64,000 bases of DNA, from contig JBMNIH010000008.1 of assembly GCA_050950825.1 (NCBI GenBank), positions 113,288 through 177,287 on the forward strand. Reading direction: 5' to 3'. The position numbers were made by a program, and so were the translations under genes. Source of the DNA: Clostridia bacterium. Its GTDB lineage: Bacteria; Bacillota; Clostridia; JAAYHZ01. Every line of letters begins with the position of its first letter. The stretch's first letter is position 1. This document shows positions 1 through 10,182 of this stretch, in pieces. A model generated the notes under the pieces. It saw only the letters and a list, made by a program, of their open reading frames with translations. It was not told where the DNA came from and searched no databases.

Positions 1-105
1 AACCACATGGCCTAATCCCGTTTTATAGGATGAGGAAGATCCGCAGCCGGTTAACAAAGCCAAAACGAAGATTACAGTAATAATTATTATTAATCCTTTC
101 TTCAT
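1..105 (-). CDS. 5' end of a lipoprotein, probably PplA-like/FMN-binding (runs off the window)
   Basis: Own translation MKKGLIIIITVIFVLALLTGCGSSSSYKTGLGHVV: signal peptide with lipobox LLTGC. Lies directly downstream of the EET genes. Confidence 0.6.
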   Translation of the reverse strand, partial: MKKGLIIIITVIFVLALLTGCGSSSSYKTGLGHVV

Positions 106-149
106 GCTTTCATATTCCTTTCTGTTCTATATCTCCATAGTTTAAATTT

Positions 150-1094
150 TTATAGCCAATCCACAATGCTTTCGATTGCTTTCATATTCTCGGTTTTTGG
201 CAATCGATTTAATAAATCTCGACACCGCAGAATATACCGTTCTTTTAGTGTTTCCGTACTTTCAATCCCGCCGCTATCCTTTACGATTCGTAAAACCTCC
301 CTAAAATCCGTGAGCCCTTCATAGTAGCTTTTGATACATTCTCGGACCTTTTCGTCTTTCATGGCTCCGAATATGAACGGCAAGGAAACAATCCCTTCGG
401 CAAGATCTTTTTGAACGGGTTTTCCTTCTCGTTCGGTGTCGGATCGTATATCCAACAAATCGTCTCGAATTTGAAAAGCCACACCCATATTTAATCCTAA
501 CCGAGTCATAGTTTTCACGACACTATCTTCCAATCCCGCCGCATATGCTCCGCCGCCTAAGGATGCGGCGAATAACACGCCGGTTTTCTTCATCACCCGC
601 CTTAAATAGGAATGAACTCCCGTAACGGTATAACGGCTCAAGTACTGGTTTACTTCCCCTATGCACATAATTTTAGCCGCTTTTGCCACGTAAGCCGACA
701 TATCCATAGGAAGGCCCGACCGGATCAAAAGCAGTACCGACGATGCAAGAAGATAATCCCCCGTATAGACGGCCATATTGATACCGTGTTTTTTCGCTAC
801 GGTGGGTTTCCCCCTGCGCAGGTCCGCATCGTCTATAATGTCGTCGTGTACCAATGTTGCCGCATGAAGGGTTTCGATCGCCGCCGCCAAGGGAAAAACT
901 TTGCTTCTGTCATACTTTCCCGACATGGCCGCCAAGAGGGTCAGTGCCGGGCGTATCCGTTTCCCTCCGGAAAACATGACGTCATGAGACAAATCGTTTA
1001 AAACCCCTCTTTCCTTCGGGTACTCTCGCCTTATATAATTTTCAAATTCCGTCATCTCATCCCTTAGGAAAGGGTAATTATCCCACATGCTCAA
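150..1094 (-). CDS. Polyprenyl (heptaprenyl) diphosphate synthase, DmkB/HepT-like
   Basis: GGKRIRP, LVHDDIID..RRG (FARM) and FQIRDDLLD (SARM) motifs. Confidence 0.92.
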   Translation of the reverse strand: MSMWDNYPFLRDEMTEFENYIRREYPKERGVLNDLSHDVMFSGGKRIRPALTLLAAMSGKYDRSKVFPLAAAIETLHAATLVHDDIIDDADLRRGKPTVAKKHGINMAVYTGDYLLASSVLLLIRSGLPMDMSAYVAKAAKIMCIGEVNQYLSRYTVTGVHSYLRRVMKKTGVLFAASLGGGAYAAGLEDSVVKTMTRLGLNMGVAFQIRDDLLDIRSDTEREGKPVQKDLAEGIVSLPFIFGAMKDEKVRECIKSYYEGLTDFREVLRIVKDSGGIESTETLKERYILRCRDLLNRLPKTENMKAIESIVDWL

Positions 1095-1234
1095 TCCTCC
1101 GGTCTTCCTTCGCCTTCCCGACAGGGACGATTGGTATTACAGTATAGTTATAGCACTGTCGGGGGAAAATAACGGTAACATAGGAAACGAAAACGTCTTT
1201 TTTCCTATAAATTTTCCCGTTTTTTTATTCTTTA

Positions 1235-3160
1235 TTAATTGTCAAAATAGCGGTCGAAGCTGCCTTTGAAAAACAGGCGAAGCTTCTTGTTCTTCCTTAA
1301 GCTGTCCCATACGTTGCACAGGTAAGGAATCAAGTAGTAATCCAACCCGAAAGCCCGTCCTGCGCCGCCCATGGTTGCAATCGCAGCAAAAGGCATCCAC
1401 CAAGAGCTTTGGTACAAGCCGGTAGAAGTGACGAACATGGCCAACAAACCTACCGAAACCAAAGAAGACAGGAAGGTAAACGCACCGCCGATAAGCAACA
1501 AGCCTACGCCGATTTCTAAAATAACAACCAAGACCTGGAAGAACATGGCGATTCCGTCTCCCGCAAGGACCACGTTTTTCAAGAACCAAGGAACCAAATT
1601 AAAGTTACCGAATTGGAATATATCGATTTTGGCAAACATTGTGGAAGACAACGGTTCTCCTTGGAGCATATAGGTTTCCTTACCGATCAAGAAGTTAATA
1701 ATATGAAGCTTCAGCTCAAATATTTCGTCGATTCTTTTCGCAACCGCTTGCGCCGAAGTGGCTCCCGTCACACCGTCCGCAGCCATGCCCAAGAAGGAAG
1801 CCAGCTTGGGCGATGTGAACCAACCTTCTTTTACCTTATTTATGCCTTCTATCAACCAAGTAACCCCAAGGAAGATTCGAAGCGGTACAAGCCACCAAGC
1901 CTGAACTCGTGTAGACCAATGCTTTTCCAAAAAGTGCTTGCTTTGACGTCTTTCCAATACTTCGTGATACAAATATCGCGCGACTCCGGCAAAACCGACG
2001 ATTCCGAAAAGATAATGCATGTTCACCAGGTATTTCATGATAAGGGACAGCCATGCCGGAAGCTTTTTGCCTAATATCTCCGCAACGGCGTAGTAATTGC
2101 CGACGCTTACCATGGTACCGCGCATTTTGACTTCTACGATTTCCTGTTCTTTGCCTTGGACATCGTTCCAAATGTTTACCGCCACGCCGTGGCCGGTTTG
2201 GATGGCGTTTTCCACCATCGCCGGATACACACGATCATCCGCATGGCAGATCAAACCGGATACGTCTCCCGCCGCATAGACATTCGGGTAGTCGGTACGG
2301 CAGTATTCGTCCACTTTTAACCTTTGGGTGGGACAAGCCTTTTCGATGGGTAATTCGTCCACATCATAGCATGCCCGTACTCCGGCGGCCCAGATCAAGG
2401 TTTGCGTTTTAATGAAGTCGTTTTGGGTCATAAAGCCTTCCGGAGTTACTTCTTTTACCGAGGTTTTCAAGAGGATTTCCACATTCAGCTTCTTTTCCAA
2501 ATATTTGTGGGCTTTTATCGCACTATCCTCGCTTAAATTGTTTAATATACGAGGCAGCAAATCCGCGAGGATCAAACGAACTTCGCTTTTGTGAATCCGG
2601 TATTCTTTACAAAGGGATTTCACCCAACGGGCGATTTCGCCGATGACCTCTACTCCGGTGAAACCGGCGCCGCTTACAACGAAGGTAAGCAAAGCGCTTC
2701 TTTTTTCCGGATCCTCTTCGTTGGATGCTTTGGCAAAGCAATGGATAATGTGCTCACGAATTCTTACGGCATCATCCAAGGACCATAGGGTAAATCCGTA
2801 TTCCTTCAAGCCTTTAATACCGTACAGATTCGGTGAACTGCCTATGGCCATAACCAAGTAATCGTACGGATATTCCTTGGTATCCGAATAAACCTTTTTG
2901 TTATCGAAATCGTATTTGGTTATTTTGTCGCATACCGTATTCACGCCGGTAAACTTAAAAATTTTATTCAACGGAATTTTTACCGCATCTTCGGATACTC
3001 GATTTCCTGCAACCTCGTGGATCTCCGTTAAAAGTGTGTGGTAACTATTCTTATCAATAATGGTAATATCCAATTCTTTTCCTTTGTTCAGCTTGTTGAG
3101 TGTCAACGCCGTTTCAACGCCTGCGTAACCCGCTCCGATAATGACTACCTTTTTACTCAT
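1235..3160 (-). CDS. Type II NADH dehydrogenase with C-terminal DoxX-like membrane domain (Ndh2 of flavin-based EET)
   Basis: Two Rossmann motifs (GAGYAG, GAGFTGVE), AAGD motif, C-terminal TM region ending GAGRAFGLD. Confidence 0.9.
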   Translation of the reverse strand: MSKKVVIIGAGYAGVETALTLNKLNKGKELDITIIDKNSYHTLLTEIHEVAGNRVSEDAVKIPLNKIFKFTGVNTVCDKITKYDFDNKKVYSDTKEYPYDYLVMAIGSSPNLYGIKGLKEYGFTLWSLDDAVRIREHIIHCFAKASNEEDPEKRSALLTFVVSGAGFTGVEVIGEIARWVKSLCKEYRIHKSEVRLILADLLPRILNNLSEDSAIKAHKYLEKKLNVEILLKTSVKEVTPEGFMTQNDFIKTQTLIWAAGVRACYDVDELPIEKACPTQRLKVDEYCRTDYPNVYAAGDVSGLICHADDRVYPAMVENAIQTGHGVAVNIWNDVQGKEQEIVEVKMRGTMVSVGNYYAVAEILGKKLPAWLSLIMKYLVNMHYLFGIVGFAGVARYLYHEVLERRQSKHFLEKHWSTRVQAWWLVPLRIFLGVTWLIEGINKVKEGWFTSPKLASFLGMAADGVTGATSAQAVAKRIDEIFELKLHIINFLIGKETYMLQGEPLSSTMFAKIDIFQFGNFNLVPWFLKNVVLAGDGIAMFFQVLVVILEIGVGLLLIGGAFTFLSSLVSVGLLAMFVTSTGLYQSSWWMPFAAIATMGGAGRAFGLDYYLIPYLCNVWDSLRKNKKLRLFFKGSFDRYFDN

Positions 3161-3238
3161 ATCTCACTCCCCTATTCCGTTTACGATTCGATCCTACGCT
3201 GTTCTCTTCATAAATAACGTTGAGGACCGATCGTGATA

Positions 3239-4189
3239 TTAATACCTTATAAAATTATGAAATATTATGGATACACTGAACAACAGTCCCGTCAGCATAT
3301 AGATTTTGACCGTCTTGTCATTGGACGATACCAGTTTCGGAATGTCATTCATGTGTAACTTGCAATTCTTAACGGCTCCTACGGCCATGGGCACCGTGAG
3401 CCAAGAAAGAAGCCAAAGAAGATTTCTTGTGTACAGCACGATGGGTATCACCGATAAATAGGCAAAAGCGAAAATCAATCCGTACACAATCACTCCTTTT
3501 TCTTTTCCAATACGAACCAAACCGTTTTTCTTACCGCTTCTCTTGTCGGCCTCGTAATCAGGATACTCGTTGATCCACAGAACGTTGGCAATCAAAAAAC
3601 CGATAGGAATCGAAACCAACAAAGGCAGTACATCAAACCTTCCGGCCATGACCAAATACATCCCGTTTGTGATTAAAGGCCCGAAGGTGGTTCCTACAAC
3701 CGCTTCCCCGAACCCTCTGTAGCAAAGCTTGAACGGGGGCAAGGAATAGATAATCGCCAAGAAAAATCCGGCCAAACCGACCCAAATAACCTTCGGCTCC
3801 CGAAACAGCACAAAAACGATACCGATGACCGCCGCCAAAGCCATGGTGACAACGCCGATCCAAGCGGATTGATTTACCGTCAGCAATCCGTCCACAATGG
3901 TTTTCTTACCGCCGGAAAAGGGCGTTCGGTGCTCCGTATCCACATATCGATCCGCTCCGGAGATATAGTCGACGCATTCGTTAATGGCATTCTTGCCGAT
4001 TTCAATCAAATATACGCCTACGAAAGCCAAAACCATCCAGAAAAGCCGGAATTCTTTTGCATACGACACCGACAAAAGGACACCTACAACCATAGGCACC
4101 GTAGAAGCGACCCAAATTTTCGGATCCGCCACCTGCCAAAAGCCTTTGTAAAAGGATTTGGATTTATCGGTTACTTGCATAATGGCCAT
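3239..4189 (-). CDS. menA: 1,4-dihydroxy-2-naphthoate prenyltransferase (UbiA family, DmkA/MenA)
   Basis: NECVDYISGAD and NEYPDYEADKRSGK motifs, multiple TM helices. Confidence 0.85.
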   Translation of the reverse strand: MAIMQVTDKSKSFYKGFWQVADPKIWVASTVPMVVGVLLSVSYAKEFRLFWMVLAFVGVYLIEIGKNAINECVDYISGADRYVDTEHRTPFSGGKKTIVDGLLTVNQSAWIGVVTMALAAVIGIVFVLFREPKVIWVGLAGFFLAIIYSLPPFKLCYRGFGEAVVGTTFGPLITNGMYLVMAGRFDVLPLLVSIPIGFLIANVLWINEYPDYEADKRSGKKNGLVRIGKEKGVIVYGLIFAFAYLSVIPIVLYTRNLLWLLSWLTVPMAVGAVKNCKLHMNDIPKLVSSNDKTVKIYMLTGLLFSVSIIFHNFIRY

Positions 4190-4760
4190 CCCTTCCTTTC
4201 AAATCCGCCTTTTCGGTATCCGACTCGCAGCTTTTATGCCAATCGGCCATCACGTTATCAAAAACAGGGATCTTACTCATATGTTGAAGCAGGCTTTTGG
4301 CAGCAACCCCGGTGATGACGCCGGTGATAAGAGACGATAACAGCAAAAAAGGCAGATATCCGAATACCGCTGTCGACTTTAACATCAATGATGCGGCCAA
4401 GATCTGTCCGGTGTTGTGGGCGGCAGCGCCGCCTACGCTGATACCGATCATGGAGAAAAACATCGGATAACCGAATCTCAGCAAAATCATAACCGTAAGA
4501 GCCAGCATGCCGCCGGTCAGTGAAAAAATCAAAGATGTGAGACTTCCGAATAACAAAGAAACGACGATGCAGCGTACAAGAGTGATAAAAAAACTCGATT
4601 GTATGCCTAAACAGAAAAGTGCAAACAAGGTGACAATATTCGCCAAACCTAATTTGATACCCGGTAACGGAATAAACACGTCAAGAGGAATCATCCGTTC
4701 AAAATAGGATATAACGATCGCCATGGCTATTAATATTCCGTTTATGACCATCTTTCTCAT
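4164..4760 (-). CDS. Gx transporter family membrane protein (EetB-like)
   Basis: PLPGIKLGLAN and GAAAHNTGQ signatures, hydrophobic. Confidence 0.85.
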   Translation of the reverse strand: MRKMVINGILIAMAIVISYFERMIPLDVFIPLPGIKLGLANIVTLFALFCLGIQSSFFITLVRCIVVSLLFGSLTSLIFSLTGGMLALTVMILLRFGYPMFFSMIGISVGGAAAHNTGQILAASLMLKSTAVFGYLPFLLLSSLITGVITGVAAKSLLQHMSKIPVFDNVMADWHKSCESDTEKADLKGRDGHYASNR

Positions 4761-4783
4761 ATATTCTTTACCCTCGATATCCG

Positions 4784-5164
4784 TCAGCGAATGACGATAT
4801 CGGTATCATCCTCAGCGCTTCCTATGATATTAATAATTACACCTGCCGGTACGCAAACCGCCGTTTGACCGGGCCGACTGATTCTGCCCATCTTTTCACA
4901 AATACGGTCCGGGCAGTCGGACCGTTCAAAACGAATGGTTCTTTCTTCCGCTATAATGATGTTATTATATTTCCCTTTTAATTCAATAATAATCGGCTCG
5001 TCAACCTGATCAAGATCTATGGTCCGGATCACTTCCCCGTCTCGAATTATTTGAGCGACGGCATGTCCTGCTCCGGTACGGATTCGAAATGAGGCAAATA
5101 TGGCCACAGAGATACAAATGATGACGGCAAATATTAAAATATCTCCCGGTTTAAGCTTCTTCAT
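4784..5164 (-). CDS. NusG domain II-like extracytoplasmic protein (EetA-like)
   Basis: N-terminal TM anchor; SDCPDRIC...G.I...GQTAVCVP motif. Confidence 0.85.
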   Translation of the reverse strand: MKKLKPGDILIFAVIICISVAIFASFRIRTGAGHAVAQIIRDGEVIRTIDLDQVDEPIIIELKGKYNNIIIAEERTIRFERSDCPDRICEKMGRISRPGQTAVCVPAGVIINIIGSAEDDTDIVIR

Positions 5165-5379
5165 TTCTCCTCCGTAAATTTTCCTTTAGCTGTCAAGTTC
5201 GTTCCTTACTGCAATATATAACCTTTTCACCTATTATACAGTACAAACAACAATTTGCTATAGTAAAATCGTATTAATTTTGCTGATTATAACACACATA
5301 TTGACCGGGTTCAATAAATTGAAAAAAGCCGCTATTTACCGAATTACATGCCTTGATTGAAAAAGTAAAGTCCACTTTG

Positions 5380-6771
5380 GTTATAGTCTTAAGTAGTGGT
5401 GTAAATTTCGTGGAGTATGCTTGACAAGAGTAACCACCATATGATTTTTACTTTATTAGATTCAAACAAAAAAGATAAAGTAAAGGAGGTCATACCGTGG
5501 CTACTAAAAATAGAATGTCACTTTTAGAGCAACTTAGCAAGTATGTTGTTGAAAAAGATAAGGATTTTTTAAAGGAAGCGCTTACGCTGTTAATCAATGC
5601 TCTGATGGATGCGGAAGTTACGTCGATGATCGGTGCGGAAAAGTATGAACGAAGTGAGAATCGGAACAATCATCGTAATGGATACCGACAAAGAGAATGG
5701 GATACTCGCCTTGGTACGTTACAGTTAAGCATACCCAAATTGAGGCATGGAAGCTATTTCCCAAGTTTATTAGAGCCTCGGAAGATGTCAGAAAAAGCTT
5801 TATTAAATGTGGTGCAGGAAGCTTATGTGCACGGTGTCAGCACTAGAAAAGTAGATGAGTTGGTAGAATCTCTCGGAATTAAAGGGATGGATAAAAGCGA
5901 AGTTTCCGGGATCAGCAAGCAATTGGATGGCTTTGTCACCGAGTTCAAGAACCGCATACTCGAAGGAGAATACCCTTATCTTTGGCTTGATGCTACTTTT
6001 CCTAAGGTTCGTGAAGGTGGAAGAGTATGCAGTATGGCACTTGTAATAGCCGTAGGTGTAAATCAGTCCGGTGAACGAGAGATACTAGGTTTTGATGTCG
6101 GCATGAGTGAAGACGGAGCTTTTTGGGAAGAGTTTCTGAGAAAGCTTGTAGCAAGGGGACTTAAAGGGGTGAAGTTAGTTGTAAGTGATGCCCATGAGGG
6201 GTTAAAATCCGCCATAAAGAAGGTTTTAACCGGGAGCACATGGCAAAGATGCCGAGTACATTTTATGCGGAACGTATTAAGCCAAGTGCCGAAGAAGTGC
6301 CAAGGAATGGTCTCCTCAATCATACGCACCATTTTTGCACAAAATGATCAGGAATCCGCAAGGGAACAGCTAAGACATGTGGTAGATGAACTGAGGGGGC
6401 GTTTTCCGAAAGCAATGGAAATCCTTGAAGCAGCCGAAGAGGATATATTGGCGTATATGGCCTTTCCCCGTGAGCATTGGATACAGATTCATTCTACGAA
6501 TCCATTGGAACGGCTTAATCGTGAGATACGCCGTCGGACTGATGTTGTATGCATATTTCCTAATCGTGATGCCGTTATTCGCCTTGTAGGTACTATGCTT
6601 ATGGAGCAGAACGATGAATGGCAGGTAGGGCGGCGATACTTCAGTTTAGAATCTATGGAAAAGCTTACACAGGCTAATGGGTTTTCATTAGCTCCGATTG
6701 CTATCTTACATAAATGAAACGAAGGGAAGATAAAGTAGAAATCATTTTACACCACTTGACAAGACACTATC
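5380..6771 (+). mobile_element. IS256-family element inserted just inside the IS30 end
   Basis: 26-bp imperfect IRs ending ...AGTGGTGTAAA; 8-bp TSD CCACTTTG at 5372-5379 and 6772-6779. Confidence 0.92.
5497..6717 (+). CDS. IS256 (mutator) transposase
   Basis: RNGYR, GVSTRKV, SDAHEGL, WQRCRVHF, STNPLERLN motifs. Confidence 0.95.
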   Translation: MATKNRMSLLEQLSKYVVEKDKDFLKEALTLLINALMDAEVTSMIGAEKYERSENRNNHRNGYRQREWDTRLGTLQLSIPKLRHGSYFPSLLEPRKMSEKALLNVVQEAYVHGVSTRKVDELVESLGIKGMDKSEVSGISKQLDGFVTEFKNRILEGEYPYLWLDATFPKVREGGRVCSMALVIAVGVNQSGEREILGFDVGMSEDGAFWEEFLRKLVARGLKGVKLVVSDAHEGLKSAIKKVLTGSTWQRCRVHFMRNVLSQVPKKCQGMVSSIIRTIFAQNDQESAREQLRHVVDELRGRFPKAMEILEAAEEDILAYMAFPREHWIQIHSTNPLERLNREIRRRTDVVCIFPNRDAVIRLVGTMLMEQNDEWQVGRRYFSLESMEKLTQANGFSLAPIAILHK

Positions 6772-7030
6772 CCACTTTGCAAGGTTAAATTCCATCCATC
6801 CTAAAAAATTATTGCATAAGGTGGGATAAAATTATTCTAACAAGGAAGAATTGTTACTATGGAAGGATTTTTTCTGCAAAAAGCAAGTGAATGCTTCATT
6901 TATTACCTGTTTTTTTGCATAGCAAACAAACCGTGTTGATTTCTTCACTTTTTTGCAAAGGTAAAATCCACTACGGTTAAAAGGTAATAATTGGCAGAAC
7001 GATGCCTTTCGGATAATTATTAATACTTTA

Positions 7031-8649
7031 CTCAAACTTCGCAGTAAATTAATATAATAAATTCCTAGATAATTTAATATAAGCTTTTTAAGTAATATAT
7101 GTAACTAAGCGACTTTTGACTTGGGTAATCTTAGTTTTAAATATTCAGGAAGTCTAGAAATGAAAATTCTAAGAAACCCATTTACTCGCTTATCATCAAT
7201 CATGAAATACTCCATTAAGCATTCTGACAGTATTTCGAGAATCAGTTGTATTACTTCATCGAACTTTATGTCTTGCAATTCATCGTAGCATAAATAAAAC
7301 AACTCACCTATAGTTCGATTATCCATATTGTTCCGATTTTCTATTGCCAGCATGATATACCTACTGAGGACTACTGCGGTATGAGCCGTCATCATATCAT
7401 ATGACAAGCCTTGAAACTCTCTACCTAAATTGAGATATGTCTTGCACATTTTATAGAAAACTTCTATATCCCAACGTTTGCCATACGTTTGAATTATTTG
7501 CTCTTCCGAAAGCGCCAAATCGGTTGAAATGATGGCTATCCATTTCTTCCTGTTATTCCGATCCCGTACGAATACAATGCGAGCATCCATAGTCTCTTCT
7601 TCTTTGTTGTGAATGGATACGACAACCGACAAAAGGTATTTGGAACGACCACGTCTCTTTTTTTGAGAATTATAGATTTCCTTAAGGGTCATTTTCTTTC
7701 CGTTAAAGGAATACTTGATATTAGGAGTATCTTTAAGCCGCCCGATGCTGTGAAGCTTCAACTTCGCAATGTCCATGAGTATTGCAGGATAGGAAAACCA
7801 ACTGTCGAACAGCACGTGCTTTGCAGGTATGTGTTGCTCGACTGCTTGCCGAAGCATCGCTATCATTAAATCAGGGGCTTTCTGCATGGCTTGCATTCTT
7901 CGTTTGTATCCATTGGTGTTTTTATGGATATCATCTCTCATTTTACACAAATGTTTTTCAACTTTGCCGGATGTGAGCAAACAAAAATTAAACGGAATAA
8001 GTGTGTTGCCATCTGACCATGCAAGAGTAAGCAACCTGAATCCTTTTTTACACTTGTTGTCGGTATGATCTCTGACAAACGAAAGCATCTCTACACATTT
8101 GCTTCGTAAACGGCCGTAGAAGGTATCATCTACAACAATGACATTAATACGGTCATCCGATGTCAAATCCTTTATATGGCTGTTTATAACCGTGGATGCC
8201 AATGTCATAACAAATGTCTGCCAGTTAATATATATAGAGTTTAGGAAACGATATACAGTATCTTTTTTAAAATCGACATTTTTGTCTCTGTTGCTGTCTT
8301 TATTTTTTATCAGGTTCATATACATACTTCTGTTTGTGAAAACCAATTGAAACAAATAGAGAAAAATTTGAATTACCGGTACACCTCTTTTTTTATAAGC
8401 ATTGGCATGTTGCAGAGCTTGATAAATTTTAAACTTTCTAAAAAAAAGATTGATTCTATCGTTAAACTGCTTTTCTTCGATATAATTTTCCGGTATACTA
8501 TTCATGGCAAGGAGCTCCTTCGTTGTGATATTTTGTTTGTTATGTTAATTAATATTATACCACAACCCAGGTCTCCTTGCTATACTTTTTTGCACTAAAC
8601 TATTGAATTATCTAGGTTCGAACTCACTTTTTCAAGTGCGAAGTTTGAG
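7031..8649 (-). mobile_element. IS4/IS701-like element inserted at the last codon of the IS30 transposase
   Basis: 13-bp IR CTCAAACTTCGCA / TGCGAAGTTTGAG; 7-bp TSD TACTTTA at 7024-7030 and 8650-8656. Confidence 0.88.
7105..8505 (-). CDS. IS4-superfamily DDE transposase
   Basis: VDDT, LFDSWF and YGKRWDIEVFYK (YREK-type) motifs. Confidence 0.9.
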   Translation of the reverse strand: MNSIPENYIEEKQFNDRINLFFRKFKIYQALQHANAYKKRGVPVIQIFLYLFQLVFTNRSMYMNLIKNKDSNRDKNVDFKKDTVYRFLNSIYINWQTFVMTLASTVINSHIKDLTSDDRINVIVVDDTFYGRLRSKCVEMLSFVRDHTDNKCKKGFRLLTLAWSDGNTLIPFNFCLLTSGKVEKHLCKMRDDIHKNTNGYKRRMQAMQKAPDLMIAMLRQAVEQHIPAKHVLFDSWFSYPAILMDIAKLKLHSIGRLKDTPNIKYSFNGKKMTLKEIYNSQKKRRGRSKYLLSVVVSIHNKEEETMDARIVFVRDRNNRKKWIAIISTDLALSEEQIIQTYGKRWDIEVFYKMCKTYLNLGREFQGLSYDMMTAHTAVVLSRYIMLAIENRNNMDNRTIGELFYLCYDELQDIKFDEVIQLILEILSECLMEYFMIDDKRVNGFLRIFISRLPEYLKLRLPKSKVA

Positions 8650-9946
8650 TACTTTAATAAATCGGGATTCAAACAAATATTATTCGGTTCAATGAGTTTG
8701 GATCCCAATTTTTTTATTACTTCTTCACCAAACATAAATTTAAACACTTCATGAGGAGTTCTATCATTTAAAGATAATCCGGAGTAAGAATTTATGTGGT
8801 TCATTACAAGATTAATATCTTCCTGCACGAGATTATCGAAGCTTGTTCCTTTCGGTAAGATCTTCCTCAGTTCCCCGTGATTTTTTTCTTGTGATGCCCT
8901 TTGATAAGCTGAATACGAATCGCAATAAAAGACCTTAGTTCTAACTTCTCCGGTTACTCGGTAGTATTCAATCGCTTTCGGGTTCGTAAATTCACTGCCC
9001 TTGTCAGCCAAAAGTATGGGAAACAGTTTTCGAAACGTGTCAAGACCCAAAAGCTCTGTCAGTTTGTCGAAAACATCGATTACCGATTGCGAATCGTTCG
9101 AGTCTCGTAAAAATGCAAGCATAAATTCGGTTTTAACAAAATGCAACGTCATCAGCACTTTACCGCCTTTTGTACCAAGCACCGAATCCATTTCCACGAC
9201 GAAAGGAGCATTAACATCTGCCATCACTTTTTTGTAATCATCATACGTGCGTCCCTATTCGGCATTCGCGATCCACTTTATGAGTTACGCCCGGTTTTTT
9301 GCGAGATCGATATCTTACTTTTCTGGGCATATCAATATTACGAGCCGTGAAGAGGCCGTAGTCAACGTAATTGTATAACGTCCTTTCGCTGTACATAATT
9401 TTATCGGCATTGTTTACGCAAATATGATGAATGGACTGGCCTTTTTTCAGAAGAGGTGATATCACGGTATCCAATTGTTGCAACGATTTTTCATCGATTG
9501 CCACACCGGAACGTGATTCCGAACGTGTATATTCATATTCTTTGTCTGCAACTTTAGCGTCGTATATCATTTTTTGCAATGAGCACTTGCGTTTTGTCGA
9601 GCATCCGTTACATACGTAAGGCGGTTTTTCGAGAGCATCACACTTCTGTTCTACGAAAGCATCACAGAAGTCATTGCACAGTCTGCATATGCTACAGATC
9701 CCTTTTTCGCAAACTCCGCTTTTTTTACATAGCGAACGTTTATGACAACCGATCCTGTACTTACATGCATTGTACGATTGGCCCGAAAGCACCTGTCTTT
9801 CGTTCTACCCGATGTCGACGAACTTCTTTGGATATTGTCGTGCAATCTTTACCGAGTATTTTACCGATTTCCTTAAAAGATTTTCCCTCCTTCAATAAGT
9901 TTTCGATATCTTTCCTGTCTGATAACGTCAAATGAGTTGACATCAT
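8650..9946 (-). pseudogene. IS30 transposase with Cys-rich insert, two apparent +1 frameshifts
   Basis: HTH start (HLTLSDRKDIE), VEMDSV, DKGSEF, EKNHGELR across three ORFs. Removing one G at ~9781 and at ~9253 restores a single frame. Confidence 0.85.
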
Positions 9947-10052
9947 TATGGTTCTCCTTTCAAAATCATTTTGAAAGACATCGTTCTTTTTTAATGATTG
10001 CACTGATATCGGTAAGTAATACATGTTTTGTTAGTTTTTAGTTTTAGATCAT

Positions 10053-10182
10053 GACAAAAGTCCATCCGGTTAAAAAGACAAGCAATGGCCTTTTGCGGCA
10101 TAAACGGCCTACTTCCCGGCAAAGCCGGGTCCCTTCCATTTATTCCACAGTGCCATGCTTTTCTTTTTTCGCCATGCTTTTG
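10053..10182 (-). other. Long imperfect hairpin with RS_B-like box TTTATGCCGCAAAA, upstream of the IS30 transposase
   Basis: Minus strand GCATGGC-AC-TGTGG-A-ATAAATG...CGTTTAT-G-CCGCA-AAAG-GCCATTGC; same duplex module as at 47938, 51796 and 62378. Confidence 0.65.
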
